This document shows, one piece after another, positions 8,592 through 16,369 of a stretch of DNA of 64,000 nucleotides. A program made the position numbers and the translations under genes. The notes below the pieces were generated by a model. The model saw only the letters and a program-made list of their open reading frames with translations, searched no databases and was not told where the DNA came from. Numbering within the stretch: position 1 is the first letter of the stretch; each line of letters opens with the position of its first letter. The DNA is from an uncultured virus (IMG/VR IMGVR_UViG_3300030116_006303) (taxonomy: Duplodnaviria; Heunggongvirae; Uroviricota; Caudoviricetes), in IMG/VR virus record IMGVR_UViG_3300030116_006303, positions 1-64,000 of that record; one strand, written 5' to 3'.

Positions 8592-9619
8592 TAACATTTG
8601 CTCCAAGCATTCAATTTAAGGCGTAGGGATAACCCCGAGTGGGTATTTTTATTTATCACATCTTCAACTTTATCAGCAGTTGTGCCTGACATAATCATTT
8701 CATTTATATCCTTTTCCAAAATAGTATCCGGCCATACACAAACATTCCAGCCATCAGTCATGGCATCTTTCATAATCTTAACGATGGATGAGGACCGCGG
8801 TTGATTATCAAATACGAGTGTTGTGTTTCCCTTTGGTATTTCGTTCTCGACTCTCGTTAGATCTGCATTGCCAGCTGCCACTGCGTTGCTAAGAAACATA
8901 CTATCGAGTGGACCTTCAGTAACATATATCTGTTTACTTGTATCGACTCTATTTAAATTGTACACCATCGGTTTGTGTTTGTCAATACGAAGTGTTACAT
9001 ATCTCATCTTCATATCATCAACTGCTCGAGCGGTAACACCGACAAGATTACTATTACGATCATAGAATGGAATAATAAGACGAGGTTCTTCGTATGTAAC
9101 GATCTGATCATAATCAGGACAGAGCTCGATCAGCTTTTTAGTTTCATACGCAAAGTATATGTTTGACCACTCGCTACGTGGCAACTTACGTCTATCAAGA
9201 TATCTTACACCGATATTATGTTTTGGCAATTCACTTACTTTATCGAATAAACGATCAAGCGGTGACTTTTCTTCGAACTGAGGAGTAAAGTTTTGAAACT
9301 CAACCTTAGCATGTGGACGAGGAGCATTACCAATATCAAGACCTTCTGTATAACGTTCGAGCTTATACTGATCAAACAGTCCAGGATTGACCGTCTTAAC
9401 AAGGTTGCCAAGAGAAGTACCTACACCACAGTTGTGGCATTTATAGAATAATCCATTGGCTTTTGTAAACAGATAGCCACGAGCTCTGTTCTTATTCTTT
9501 CGGCTATCACCACAGATAGGACAGCGAAAGTTAGCAAGAAAAGGATTCTGTTGCTTAACCGCATATCGTTCAAGTTGAACAGATAATAGATTAGCATACT
9601 TGATGTCAATCCACAACAT
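8591..9619 (-). CDS. 61: DNA primase (T4 gp61)
   Basis: NFRCPICGDS...CHNC zinc finger, TOPRIM EGPLD, FDNQPR, KDINEM. Confidence 0.95.
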   Translation of the reverse strand: MLWIDIKYANLLSVQLERYAVKQQNPFLANFRCPICGDSRKNKNRARGYLFTKANGLFYKCHNCGVGTSLGNLVKTVNPGLFDQYKLERYTEGLDIGNAPRPHAKVEFQNFTPQFEEKSPLDRLFDKVSELPKHNIGVRYLDRRKLPRSEWSNIYFAYETKKLIELCPDYDQIVTYEEPRLIIPFYDRNSNLVGVTARAVDDMKMRYVTLRIDKHKPMVYNLNRVDTSKQIYVTEGPLDSMFLSNAVAAGNADLTRVENEIPKGNTTLVFDNQPRSSSIVKIMKDAMTDGWNVCVWPDTILEKDINEMIMSGTTADKVEDVINKNTHSGLSLRLKLNAWSKC

Positions 9620-9653
9620 ATAAGTAACTCAAATTGAAATAGGTACAATACCT

Positions 9654-9681
9654 ATTATATCATAGTATTCGTAAATGTAAA
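9654..9681 (-). promoter_or_regulatory. Sigma70-like promoter for the primase-thyX-nrd operon
   Basis: TTTACA-N16-TATAAT with a TG extension (TGATATAAT). Confidence 0.65.
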
Positions 9682-9686
9682 TAAGT

Positions 9687-10073
9687 TTAGGAGAATAACT
9701 TCGATATGTTGCTGAGCTGTGCAAAGAGAAAGCCAATGACTGTGGCAACACCTACGACAAACCATCTCCACTTTTCAAGCCTGCCTAATCTTTCGCTTAC
9801 TTCATTATGTTGTCTTGTATTTTCTTCTCGGAGAGCGCGAAAATCATCTGACATTTCTTTCTTCATATCAGTGATTCGCTGATGTATGATCTCACGTTGT
9901 TGCTCTTGAGCAGCTAAACGTGTTTCATGTACCGCAAGCATCTTATCGACTGATGCGCTTACATCGCTGAGCCGATCTATTGCAATGTCAAACTTTTCAG
10001 CTAAGCCAGCTAAAAGTTCCATATCTCTCTTTAATATTTCTACGTCAGTTTTTACTTGGCCATTCTCTGCCAT
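9687..10073 (-). CDS. Coiled-coil protein with C-terminal TM helix (XhlA/holin-like)
   Basis: Heptad-rich body followed by LEKWRWFVVGVATVIGFLF; late promoter upstream. Confidence 0.6.
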   Translation of the reverse strand: MAENGQVKTDVEILKRDMELLAGLAEKFDIAIDRLSDVSASVDKMLAVHETRLAAQEQQREIIHQRITDMKKEMSDDFRALREENTRQHNEVSERLGRLEKWRWFVVGVATVIGFLFAQLSNISKLFS

Positions 10074-10096
10074 TTTATAACTCCGTGATAACTATA

Positions 10097-10108
10097 TATT
10101 TATAAATA
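10097..10108. promoter_or_regulatory. Bidirectional T4-type late promoter
   Basis: Palindrome TATTTATAAATA gives TATAAATA on both strands between divergent genes. Confidence 0.8.
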
Positions 10109-10145
10109 ATCAGTAGCCGCAGTGGCTGCCAACCAAGGAGCTCCT

Positions 10146-10679
10146 ATGAGAAAGAAATTCTTCAGAGCTGTCACTTTGGTTATGTTATTTTCGATTTACT
10201 CAAGTACAGCTCTTGCGCAAACTAATACGGTTTCAACGGTAACAAGTGGGACCGTCACTGTAGACAAAACACCACCGACTGCGTCGGCACCGTCGATCGT
10301 AATCAATAACTCTGATGTATGTAAATCAGCGTTTAGTGCTGGTGTTCAAACTCAAATACTTGGTATCGCATCAGGCGTTACCATTACAGATAAAAATTGC
10401 GAAAGACTTAAACTCGCTCGCTCTTTATTCGGTATGGGAATGAAGGTTGCTGCAGTATCCACTTTATGTCAGGATGCGCGCATCTTCGATGCTATGATTA
10501 TGGCTGGTACACCATGTCCTTATAAAGGCAAGATAGGAACCGAAGCAACGAAAGCATGGGAAGAAAATCCTAATGATATTCCTGCCGGTTCTAAAATGAT
10601 GGTGTCTCAGAGGGACGAGGCAAAAGAGGAGGACGCTGAGACCACCGATGACCCTTTTATACAGGAGGATCATCAGTAG
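10146..10679 (+). CDS. Secreted Cys-containing hypothetical protein (possible -1 extension to 10861)
   Basis: AAGGAG SD, signal peptide MRKKFF...ALA, four Cys. Confidence 0.75.
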   Translation: MRKKFFRAVTLVMLFSIYSSTALAQTNTVSTVTSGTVTVDKTPPTASAPSIVINNSDVCKSAFSAGVQTQILGIASGVTITDKNCERLKLARSLFGMGMKVAAVSTLCQDARIFDAMIMAGTPCPYKGKIGTEATKAWEENPNDIPAGSKMMVSQRDEAKEEDAETTDDPFIQEDHQ

Positions 10680-12278
10680 ATGATGGGAATGTTAGCAGTT
10701 CGGATTATGGAAACTTCGATGATGAATACGAGATTTACGCCGAAGAAGAAGAGTTCGATGACTACAGACCTGCCACAGTACTTGCGGGTGTTGCTATATT
10801 GGGTGTTGGTTGTTTCTTCACTAGCGGCATTGCTTGTCTTGGTATACCCTTCTTATTCTAATGCAGCAGAGGGTGACGAGACTCGTACAACGGTATCAGA
10901 AACAACTGAAGTGGAGCAACTCGGTGGAGGACTTGAAGAGCACACAACTACAACTGTAGAAGACGTAGTAACCGAGGGTGCTCAGGAAACTACTGGTAAC
11001 TATCTTACGAATCCAGGTTTCCAGACCGGCAATACGAACGGTTGGGATAAGAGTGGCTCGGTTAAGGTCTGTGCCACGTGTGGACCCTTTGGTGGTAAAG
11101 CACTGCAGACAGGACCCGAGACCGCAGGAGGTACAGTAAGTCAGACCGTAGATCTCTTTGATAAAATGAATCAGCAGGAGATCAATGAAGGTTTCACTAT
11201 CAACTACGGCTCTCACGTTTTCTCTGATCAGTCAAATGCAACCGTTCCAGCATGTGATTCAGATCCTGCTAATGGTCCGGATTGTCGTGATTCATTTAGC
11301 ATTACACTTGATATCAAAGACTCAAGCGGTACATTACTTCATAAGTTCGAACACGAGTTTAAAGAAATTACTTTCACGGGCTGGAATACCACAGACTTTT
11401 TCTTTAACTCAACGGTACCAGAAAATACATACACGAGTGCTCTTGCAACACTTGAGTTGTTCGGTATCGATGCAGGATTTCCGAACGGACACTTCGGTCC
11501 AGCATTTGATAATGCAACGATTACTACAACTCATACGAATATGATAGTCGAGCAGATCACTACGATCACTACGGAATTGATACAGACGGCGATAGAAACG
11601 ATAGAGGATACTACAACCATAGAAACAACTGATGTGGTTGAAGTTGAAACATCAACAGAACCCGAAGTTGTAGAATCATTCGAGATAACCGTGTCAGATA
11701 ATTTTGGAGAAACTATTGACAATTTTGAGATTTCAATAGATAATAATATGGAGATAACTATTGAACCAATAGGTCCTGAGTCAACAGAGACAACCGTTGA
11801 AGTAGAAACAACGGTGGCTGAAGTCGAGAATCAGATCGAAGCAGAAGTCGAGGTAAACAATGATACCGGAGATACCGAACCAACTGATACTGCCTCTGCA
11901 GATGCCGAAGAGCCACAAGAGGAAAGTGGAACCGACGAGCAAAAGCCAGAGCCAAAAACAGCATCAAAACCCAAGGCAAAGTCTGAAGTACGAAAAGCAG
12001 AATCCAAGGAGCAGAGGAAGAAAAATATCGCTACTCGTGTAGTGACTAAGATCATATCGAAGCTCGGTACTGATGCAGCCTCACAGGCAACACAACTCGC
12101 ATTGATGAATGCAATCGGTGCTAACTTATCAGCAGCCGCACCAAATCTTCAGGATGCATCAGCATGGTATGCATCTTCACAGTTACCAGATAATGTAATA
12201 AGCGACCCATCCGCTGTTCTATTCAGTTCAGCACAGGACAGTATTATGAACAGTTTAGTAAACAACCAGTATAAGTAA
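10680..12278 (+). CDS. Large acidic secreted/membrane-anchored protein with a carbohydrate-binding-like beta domain
   Basis: Signal/TM segment (alternative start 10758), NYLTNPGF.TG...GW motif reminiscent of galactose-binding-like folds, E/T-rich linker. Confidence 0.65.
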   Translation: MMGMLAVRIMETSMMNTRFTPKKKSSMTTDLPQYLRVLLYWVLVVSSLAALLVLVYPSYSNAAEGDETRTTVSETTEVEQLGGGLEEHTTTTVEDVVTEGAQETTGNYLTNPGFQTGNTNGWDKSGSVKVCATCGPFGGKALQTGPETAGGTVSQTVDLFDKMNQQEINEGFTINYGSHVFSDQSNATVPACDSDPANGPDCRDSFSITLDIKDSSGTLLHKFEHEFKEITFTGWNTTDFFFNSTVPENTYTSALATLELFGIDAGFPNGHFGPAFDNATITTTHTNMIVEQITTITTELIQTAIETIEDTTTIETTDVVEVETSTEPEVVESFEITVSDNFGETIDNFEISIDNNMEITIEPIGPESTETTVEVETTVAEVENQIEAEVEVNNDTGDTEPTDTASADAEEPQEESGTDEQKPEPKTASKPKAKSEVRKAESKEQRKKNIATRVVTKIISKLGTDAASQATQLALMNAIGANLSAAAPNLQDASAWYASSQLPDNVISDPSAVLFSSAQDSIMNSLVNNQYK

Positions 12279-12283
12279 AAACG

Positions 12284-12523
12284 ATGGATTTATTAATAGC
12301 ACACTGGCATCAAATACTTTTCGTAATGGGAATCATTGTAGTGGCAGTACGTTTAGAGTCTGAAGTAAAGAACTTGAGAAAAGATGTAGATCAAATGCAA
12401 AAAAGAGATACGTACGTTGAAACGGTAAAGTTAAGAGCAGAAATGGATGTACAGAACAAACAGGTATCTGCACTTTGGGATTTTTGTAACAAGCTCAGAG
12501 AAAAGTTCAACGGGCACTCATGA
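12284..12523 (+). CDS. Small membrane protein with coiled coil
   Basis: N-terminal TM then heptads. Confidence 0.65.
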   Translation: MDLLIAHWHQILFVMGIIVVAVRLESEVKNLRKDVDQMQKRDTYVETVKLRAEMDVQNKQVSALWDFCNKLREKFNGHS

Positions 12524-12657
12524 CTACTTTAGGTATATTTTGGGTCTTATCTATCATAGTATCATACGGTGTAGGTATGTACCTAGGAATGTATTTGTCT
12601 AAACCAAAGGCGAAGAAAAAGAATCAACGAAGAAGTAGAAGAAGAAGGAGACGTTAA
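12520..12657 (+). CDS. Micro-protein: TM helix plus poly-basic tail (45 aa)
   Basis: Manual translation MTTLGIFWVLSIIVSYGVGMYLGMYLSKPKAKKKNQRRSRRRRRR; ATGA overlap; fills the gap exactly. Confidence 0.65.
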   Translation: MTTLGIFWVLSIIVSYGVGMYLGMYLSKPKAKKKNQRRSRRRRRR

Positions 12658-12659
12658 TA

Positions 12660-13184
12660 ATGTCTGACGACGACGGCAAAACAGAAGTTGAGTTTGCCGG
12701 GGTCAAGTTTCGAGGTGGGAAGATATTTGTTATTATTACAGCATTGAGTACCCTCGGCGGTGGTCTTTATGCAGGCTTCGAGTTCTGGAAAGACTACATG
12801 GACATGAAAGAAAAGATAGAGACTTATGTAGCACCAGACCTGTCAGAGTTTGATAAGAAGCTAGCGGTGCTGAAAGAGGAGATGACATCTCTCAAGAAAG
12901 AGTTAGTTGTATTTGAAAAACTAGAAGCTAACATCCAAACAATGGCTGAATCTGCTCGTGATGAAGCGAGAGAGATCAAACGAGATCTAAAACGTGAGAT
13001 GGATCACATCGAAAAGACAACCGATGATACCGAGAGGCGAGTCAAGGAAGACAGCCGAGAGTTCGGCAATGCCATCCGTTCTCTGGAGAAAGAAACGGAC
13101 ACACGATTAAAAAATATGGAAAGAGATCTCGACCTGAAGATCAAGAAGGCTCTAAACAATCCACTCAGTGCAATTAGTAAATAG
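12660..13184 (+). CDS. Membrane-anchored coiled-coil protein
   Basis: N-terminal TM (IFVIITALSTLGGGLYAGF), long coiled coil, NPL end. Confidence 0.75.
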   Translation: MSDDDGKTEVEFAGVKFRGGKIFVIITALSTLGGGLYAGFEFWKDYMDMKEKIETYVAPDLSEFDKKLAVLKEEMTSLKKELVVFEKLEANIQTMAESARDEAREIKRDLKREMDHIEKTTDDTERRVKEDSREFGNAIRSLEKETDTRLKNMERDLDLKIKKALNNPLSAISK

Positions 13185-13192
13185 GAAATAGG

Positions 13193-13221
13193 TTGACATT
13201 TTTAAGGATTTAATATAGTAT
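13193..13221 (+). promoter_or_regulatory. Sigma70-like promoter
   Basis: TTGACA-N17-TAGTAT upstream of the hydrolase-gp33-gp59 operon. Confidence 0.7.
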
Positions 13222-13227
13222 AGAAAA

Positions 13228-13728
13228 ATGGAACAGGCACTAGCAACACTACTACTTAGCGCATTGTTAATTGGCGGCAATACACCACCAAGCGCATCAC
13301 ACAATCAAATATCTTGTTTGGCAATGAACATATATCATGAATCTAGAGGTCAGTCTATTGCTGGACATCTCGCCGTGGGTCAAGTAACACTCAATAGAGT
13401 AAAAGATGATAGATTTCCAAATACAGTCTGCGAAGTTGTAATGCAGGGACCACACCGTGCATCCTGGAAGGGAACTGGTGAAATGATTCCAATTCGGAAT
13501 AGGTGTCATTTTTCCTGGTACTGTGATGGCAAGTCAGATAAAATTGTAGACGAGGAAGCATATCGTAACATTTACAACCTGTCTCGTATGCTCATGAATC
13601 AGAAGATGATTGACATCACATCTGGTGCCACTCACTATCATGCCTACTATGTAGCACCAGCATGGGCAAAAACCAAAAAACGAACCACTAAAATTGAAGA
13701 TCACATATTTTATAAATGGGAAAAATAA
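13228..13728 (+). CDS. Cell wall hydrolase, SleB/Hydrolase_2 family
   Basis: CLAMNIYHESRG, NRV...FPNTVCEVV, FSWYCDG, GATHYHA.YV.P.W, HIFY. Confidence 0.92.
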   Translation: MEQALATLLLSALLIGGNTPPSASHNQISCLAMNIYHESRGQSIAGHLAVGQVTLNRVKDDRFPNTVCEVVMQGPHRASWKGTGEMIPIRNRCHFSWYCDGKSDKIVDEEAYRNIYNLSRMLMNQKMIDITSGATHYHAYYVAPAWAKTKKRTTKIEDHIFYKWEK

Positions 13729-13947
13729 ATGTCTTTGAATACAAGTACTTTTTCTATGCGAATAGAAGAACTCGTTTGTGAGTTAAATATACCATATATG
13801 GATGCAATAGTTCATTATTGTGAAAATAACGAAATAGAGATTGAAACGGCTGCAAAGCTTTTAAACAATAAAATAAAACAATCCATCGCCTCAGAGGCAA
13901 GTGACCTTAATATGATGAAAGAAAAAATTAACAAACTGCCGGTATGA
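13729..13947 (+). CDS. 33: Late transcription co-activator (T4 gp33)
   Basis: YMDAIVHYCE..IEIE, KLPV end; synteny before gp59/gp32. Confidence 0.85.
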   Translation: MSLNTSTFSMRIEELVCELNIPYMDAIVHYCENNEIEIETAAKLLNNKIKQSIASEASDLNMMKEKINKLPV

Positions 13948-14366
13948 TTGACGAACTGTATCAAGAAGTCATATTGGACCACTCTAAGAGTCCACGCAAC
14001 TTCGGTGTGCTAGATCAATACACTTGCACCGCTGAAGGAAACAATCCCATGTGTGGCGATCAGCTTACAGTATATGTTGATATCAAGGATGATATCGTAT
14101 CGGATGTAAGTTTTCGTGCTCGGGGTTGTGCTATCAGTATAGCGAGTGCATCGATTATGTCAAGTATGATCAAGGGCCGGACAATTGAAGAGTTACATAA
14201 ACTTTTTGATAAGTTCCATAAGTTATGTATGGGTGAAGAAATGGAAGACGATGATGACATCGAAAGACTTCGAGCGCTATCTGGTGTCAGTAAGTTTCCT
14301 ACTCGAGTAAAATGTGCCACTATGAGTTGGCATGCAGTGAGGGAAGCAGTTGATAACACTGAATAA
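13944..14366 (+). CDS. sufU: SufU/IscU (NifU N-terminal) Fe-S cluster scaffold / sulfur-transfer protein
   Basis: LYQEVILDH.K.PRN, NPMCGD, GCAIS.ASAS, RVKCATMSWHA (3 Cys + Asp). Confidence 0.92.
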   Translation: MIDELYQEVILDHSKSPRNFGVLDQYTCTAEGNNPMCGDQLTVYVDIKDDIVSDVSFRARGCAISIASASIMSSMIKGRTIEELHKLFDKFHKLCMGEEMEDDDDIERLRALSGVSKFPTRVKCATMSWHAVREAVDNTE

Positions 14367-14556
14367 GAGAGAACTGCGTCTCCTGAAAGAATATATGGGG
14401 CATCATGGATGGAACGATCTGCTCGTATCACATCGTAATACGGATACCTTATACAATTCAAATGCGGATGCTGTTAAACGATATGGGGGATTACGTCCTA
14501 AATTTAAAATGACATCTGGTGAGATAGACAACTTTCGTAAGAAGATAGGTATATAA
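14350..14556 (+). CDS. Hypothetical protein
   Basis: 68-aa ORF with TAATG junction to gp59. Confidence 0.5.
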   Translation: MITLNKRELRLLKEYMGHHGWNDLLVSHRNTDTLYNSNADAVKRYGGLRPKFKMTSGEIDNFRKKIGI

Positions 14557-15167
14557 TGTACGATGTAGCAGAAGGTTTTGATGCGTACAAAACGTACTTG
14601 GCACTTAAGCGGCACTTTACTAGTGATTATGACTATTTTAAATATAACGGCAAGGTGCGTGCCGGAGTCGAGTCATTCCTCAAAAGGAATGATAAGTTCT
14701 TTTTCCGAAAATTAGCGAAGAAATATGATGACAAAGAGCTAGTTGATTTCTTTGTGAGCAACTTTATTGTAAGCGATAACTGGATTGGTAATCTCATATC
14801 ACAGGAGAGTGAGGATAATTATGTTCGATTTAAGAAGCGTCGTGAATCTCTTAGCTATCATTTTGATAACGAGTTACATTGGCTTGTTGATTACTGCAGG
14901 AGTCGGGATCTGGAGCTTAATAAATTATTATTGGTAGTGGATAACAATCATCCTCTGCTATTAAAACTTTTGCTACAAAAGAAGATCAGTATTGAGACCA
15001 TCATAATTATGGACAGTATATTGAAGTTTTTAAAACACTGGGATAACAATTTAGACGACATAGTATGGGAGGAAAAGAAAAGACTTATCGTCAAATACAA
15101 TAAGTTTTTAACCTACGATCCGTTTGTATATCGTAAAAAACTCAAGGAGATTATAAATGAATCTTGA
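14556..15167 (+). CDS. 59: Helicase loader (T4 gp59)
   Basis: YLALKRHF..YDYFKYNGK, ISIET motifs; upstream of gp32. Confidence 0.9.
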   Translation: MYDVAEGFDAYKTYLALKRHFTSDYDYFKYNGKVRAGVESFLKRNDKFFFRKLAKKYDDKELVDFFVSNFIVSDNWIGNLISQESEDNYVRFKKRRESLSYHFDNELHWLVDYCRSRDLELNKLLLVVDNNHPLLLKLLLQKKISIETIIIMDSILKFLKHWDNNLDDIVWEEKKRLIVKYNKFLTYDPFVYRKKLKEIINES

Positions 15168-15312
15168 AGTGGAAAGATACAAAGGTGAACTGCATAAGCT
15201 ACGAGAGCGTGTAAGGGAACTCGAAAATGAAGTTAGCTATATGCAAAATGAGCTACGAACTGTTGTACCGAACTGGGAAGAAAAAACTGTAGAACAAGAC
15301 AGATTTTTTTAA
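15157..15312 (+). CDS. Small coiled-coil hypothetical protein (51 aa)
   Basis: Manual translation MNLEVERYKGELHKLRERVRELENEV...; AAGGAG SD upstream. Confidence 0.6.
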   Translation: MNLEVERYKGELHKLRERVRELENEVSYMQNELRTVVPNWEEKTVEQDRFF

Positions 15313-15320
15313 GAAATTTA

Positions 15321-15351
15321 TTTACAGTGGGCATAATATATGATATAAATA
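15321..15351 (+). promoter_or_regulatory. Overlapping sigma70-like and late promoters for gp32
   Basis: TTTACA-N17-TATAAA, with TATAAATA at 15344-15351. Confidence 0.65.
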
Positions 15352-15414
15352 ACTTATTATATTATGACTATGTGGACAAGTAAACATACAATTTATACAA
15401 GGATACAAAAAAAT

Positions 15415-16311
15415 ATGAGTACATCTTTTGCAGAACTTAAACGATCCCGCAAGTCAGTTTACGACAAGATCGTTTCCGAAACCAACAAATTAAATTCCGG
15501 AGGACAGCAGGGTGCCGATACTCGGTTCTGGCAACCTGAAGTCGACAAGGCTGGAAACGGCTATGCCGTTATTCGGTTCCTGCCAGCACCAAAGGGTGAA
15601 GATCTTCCCTGGGTTCGTTTGTTCTCTCACGGTTTCCAAGGACCAGGTGGCTGGTATATCGAGAACTCTCTGACGACCCTTAATGAAAAAGATCCTGTTG
15701 GCGAGTACAACTCGATGCTCTGGAACCGCGGTGATGAAGCCGGTAAGGAACAGGCACGCAAGCAGAAACGTCGTCTGAACTACATCTCAAACATCTATGT
15801 TGTAAAGGATCCCTCTCGTCCAGAAAATGATGGCAAGGTCTTCTTGTACAAGTACGGCAAGCGGATCTTTGATAAGATCAATGACCAGATGCATCCTGAG
15901 TTTGAGGATGAGTCTCCAGTAAATCCATTTGATTTCTGGGAGGGTGCAAACTTCAAGATGAAGATTCGGAATGTTGAGGGTTATCGAAACTATGATCGTT
16001 CTGAGTTTGACAGCCCGTCTTCTATGCTTGATGATGATGATGAGCTCGAACGGGTATGGGGTACACAATACTCTCTGCAGGAGTTTGTTGATCGGAAGAA
16101 CTTCAAGAGTTTTGCAGAGCTTCAGACTAAACTCAATCGAGTTCTTGGAGCCACTGCGGTATCGTCTACGGCTGAAGAGGTCGAGGAAGATACATTCAGT
16201 GAACCTCGCAAGACTGCCGCCCCCAAGGTTGAAGAGTCAGACACACCTTGGAGCGATGACTCATCTGACGACAGCTTAGATTTCTTTAAACAACTGGCTG
16301 ATGATGAGTAA
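15415..16311 (+). CDS. 32: Single-stranded DNA-binding protein (T4 gp32)
   Basis: DKAGNGYAVIRFLP, HGFQGPGGWYIENS, NPFDFWEGANF, acidic tail. Confidence 0.96.
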   Translation: MSTSFAELKRSRKSVYDKIVSETNKLNSGGQQGADTRFWQPEVDKAGNGYAVIRFLPAPKGEDLPWVRLFSHGFQGPGGWYIENSLTTLNEKDPVGEYNSMLWNRGDEAGKEQARKQKRRLNYISNIYVVKDPSRPENDGKVFLYKYGKRIFDKINDQMHPEFEDESPVNPFDFWEGANFKMKIRNVEGYRNYDRSEFDSPSSMLDDDDELERVWGTQYSLQEFVDRKNFKSFAELQTKLNRVLGATAVSSTAEEVEEDTFSEPRKTAAPKVEESDTPWSDDSSDDSLDFFKQLADDE

Positions 16312-16369
16312 AAAAAGCCCATCCCTAACCCGGGCTTTTAAGGGGGATCCATTGGGTCCCCCTTTTTTT
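16312..16369. terminator. Tandem bidirectional intrinsic terminators
   Basis: AAAAGCCC...GGGCTTTT and AAGGGGGATCC-ATT-GGGTCCCCCTTTTTT hairpins between convergent genes. Confidence 0.85.
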
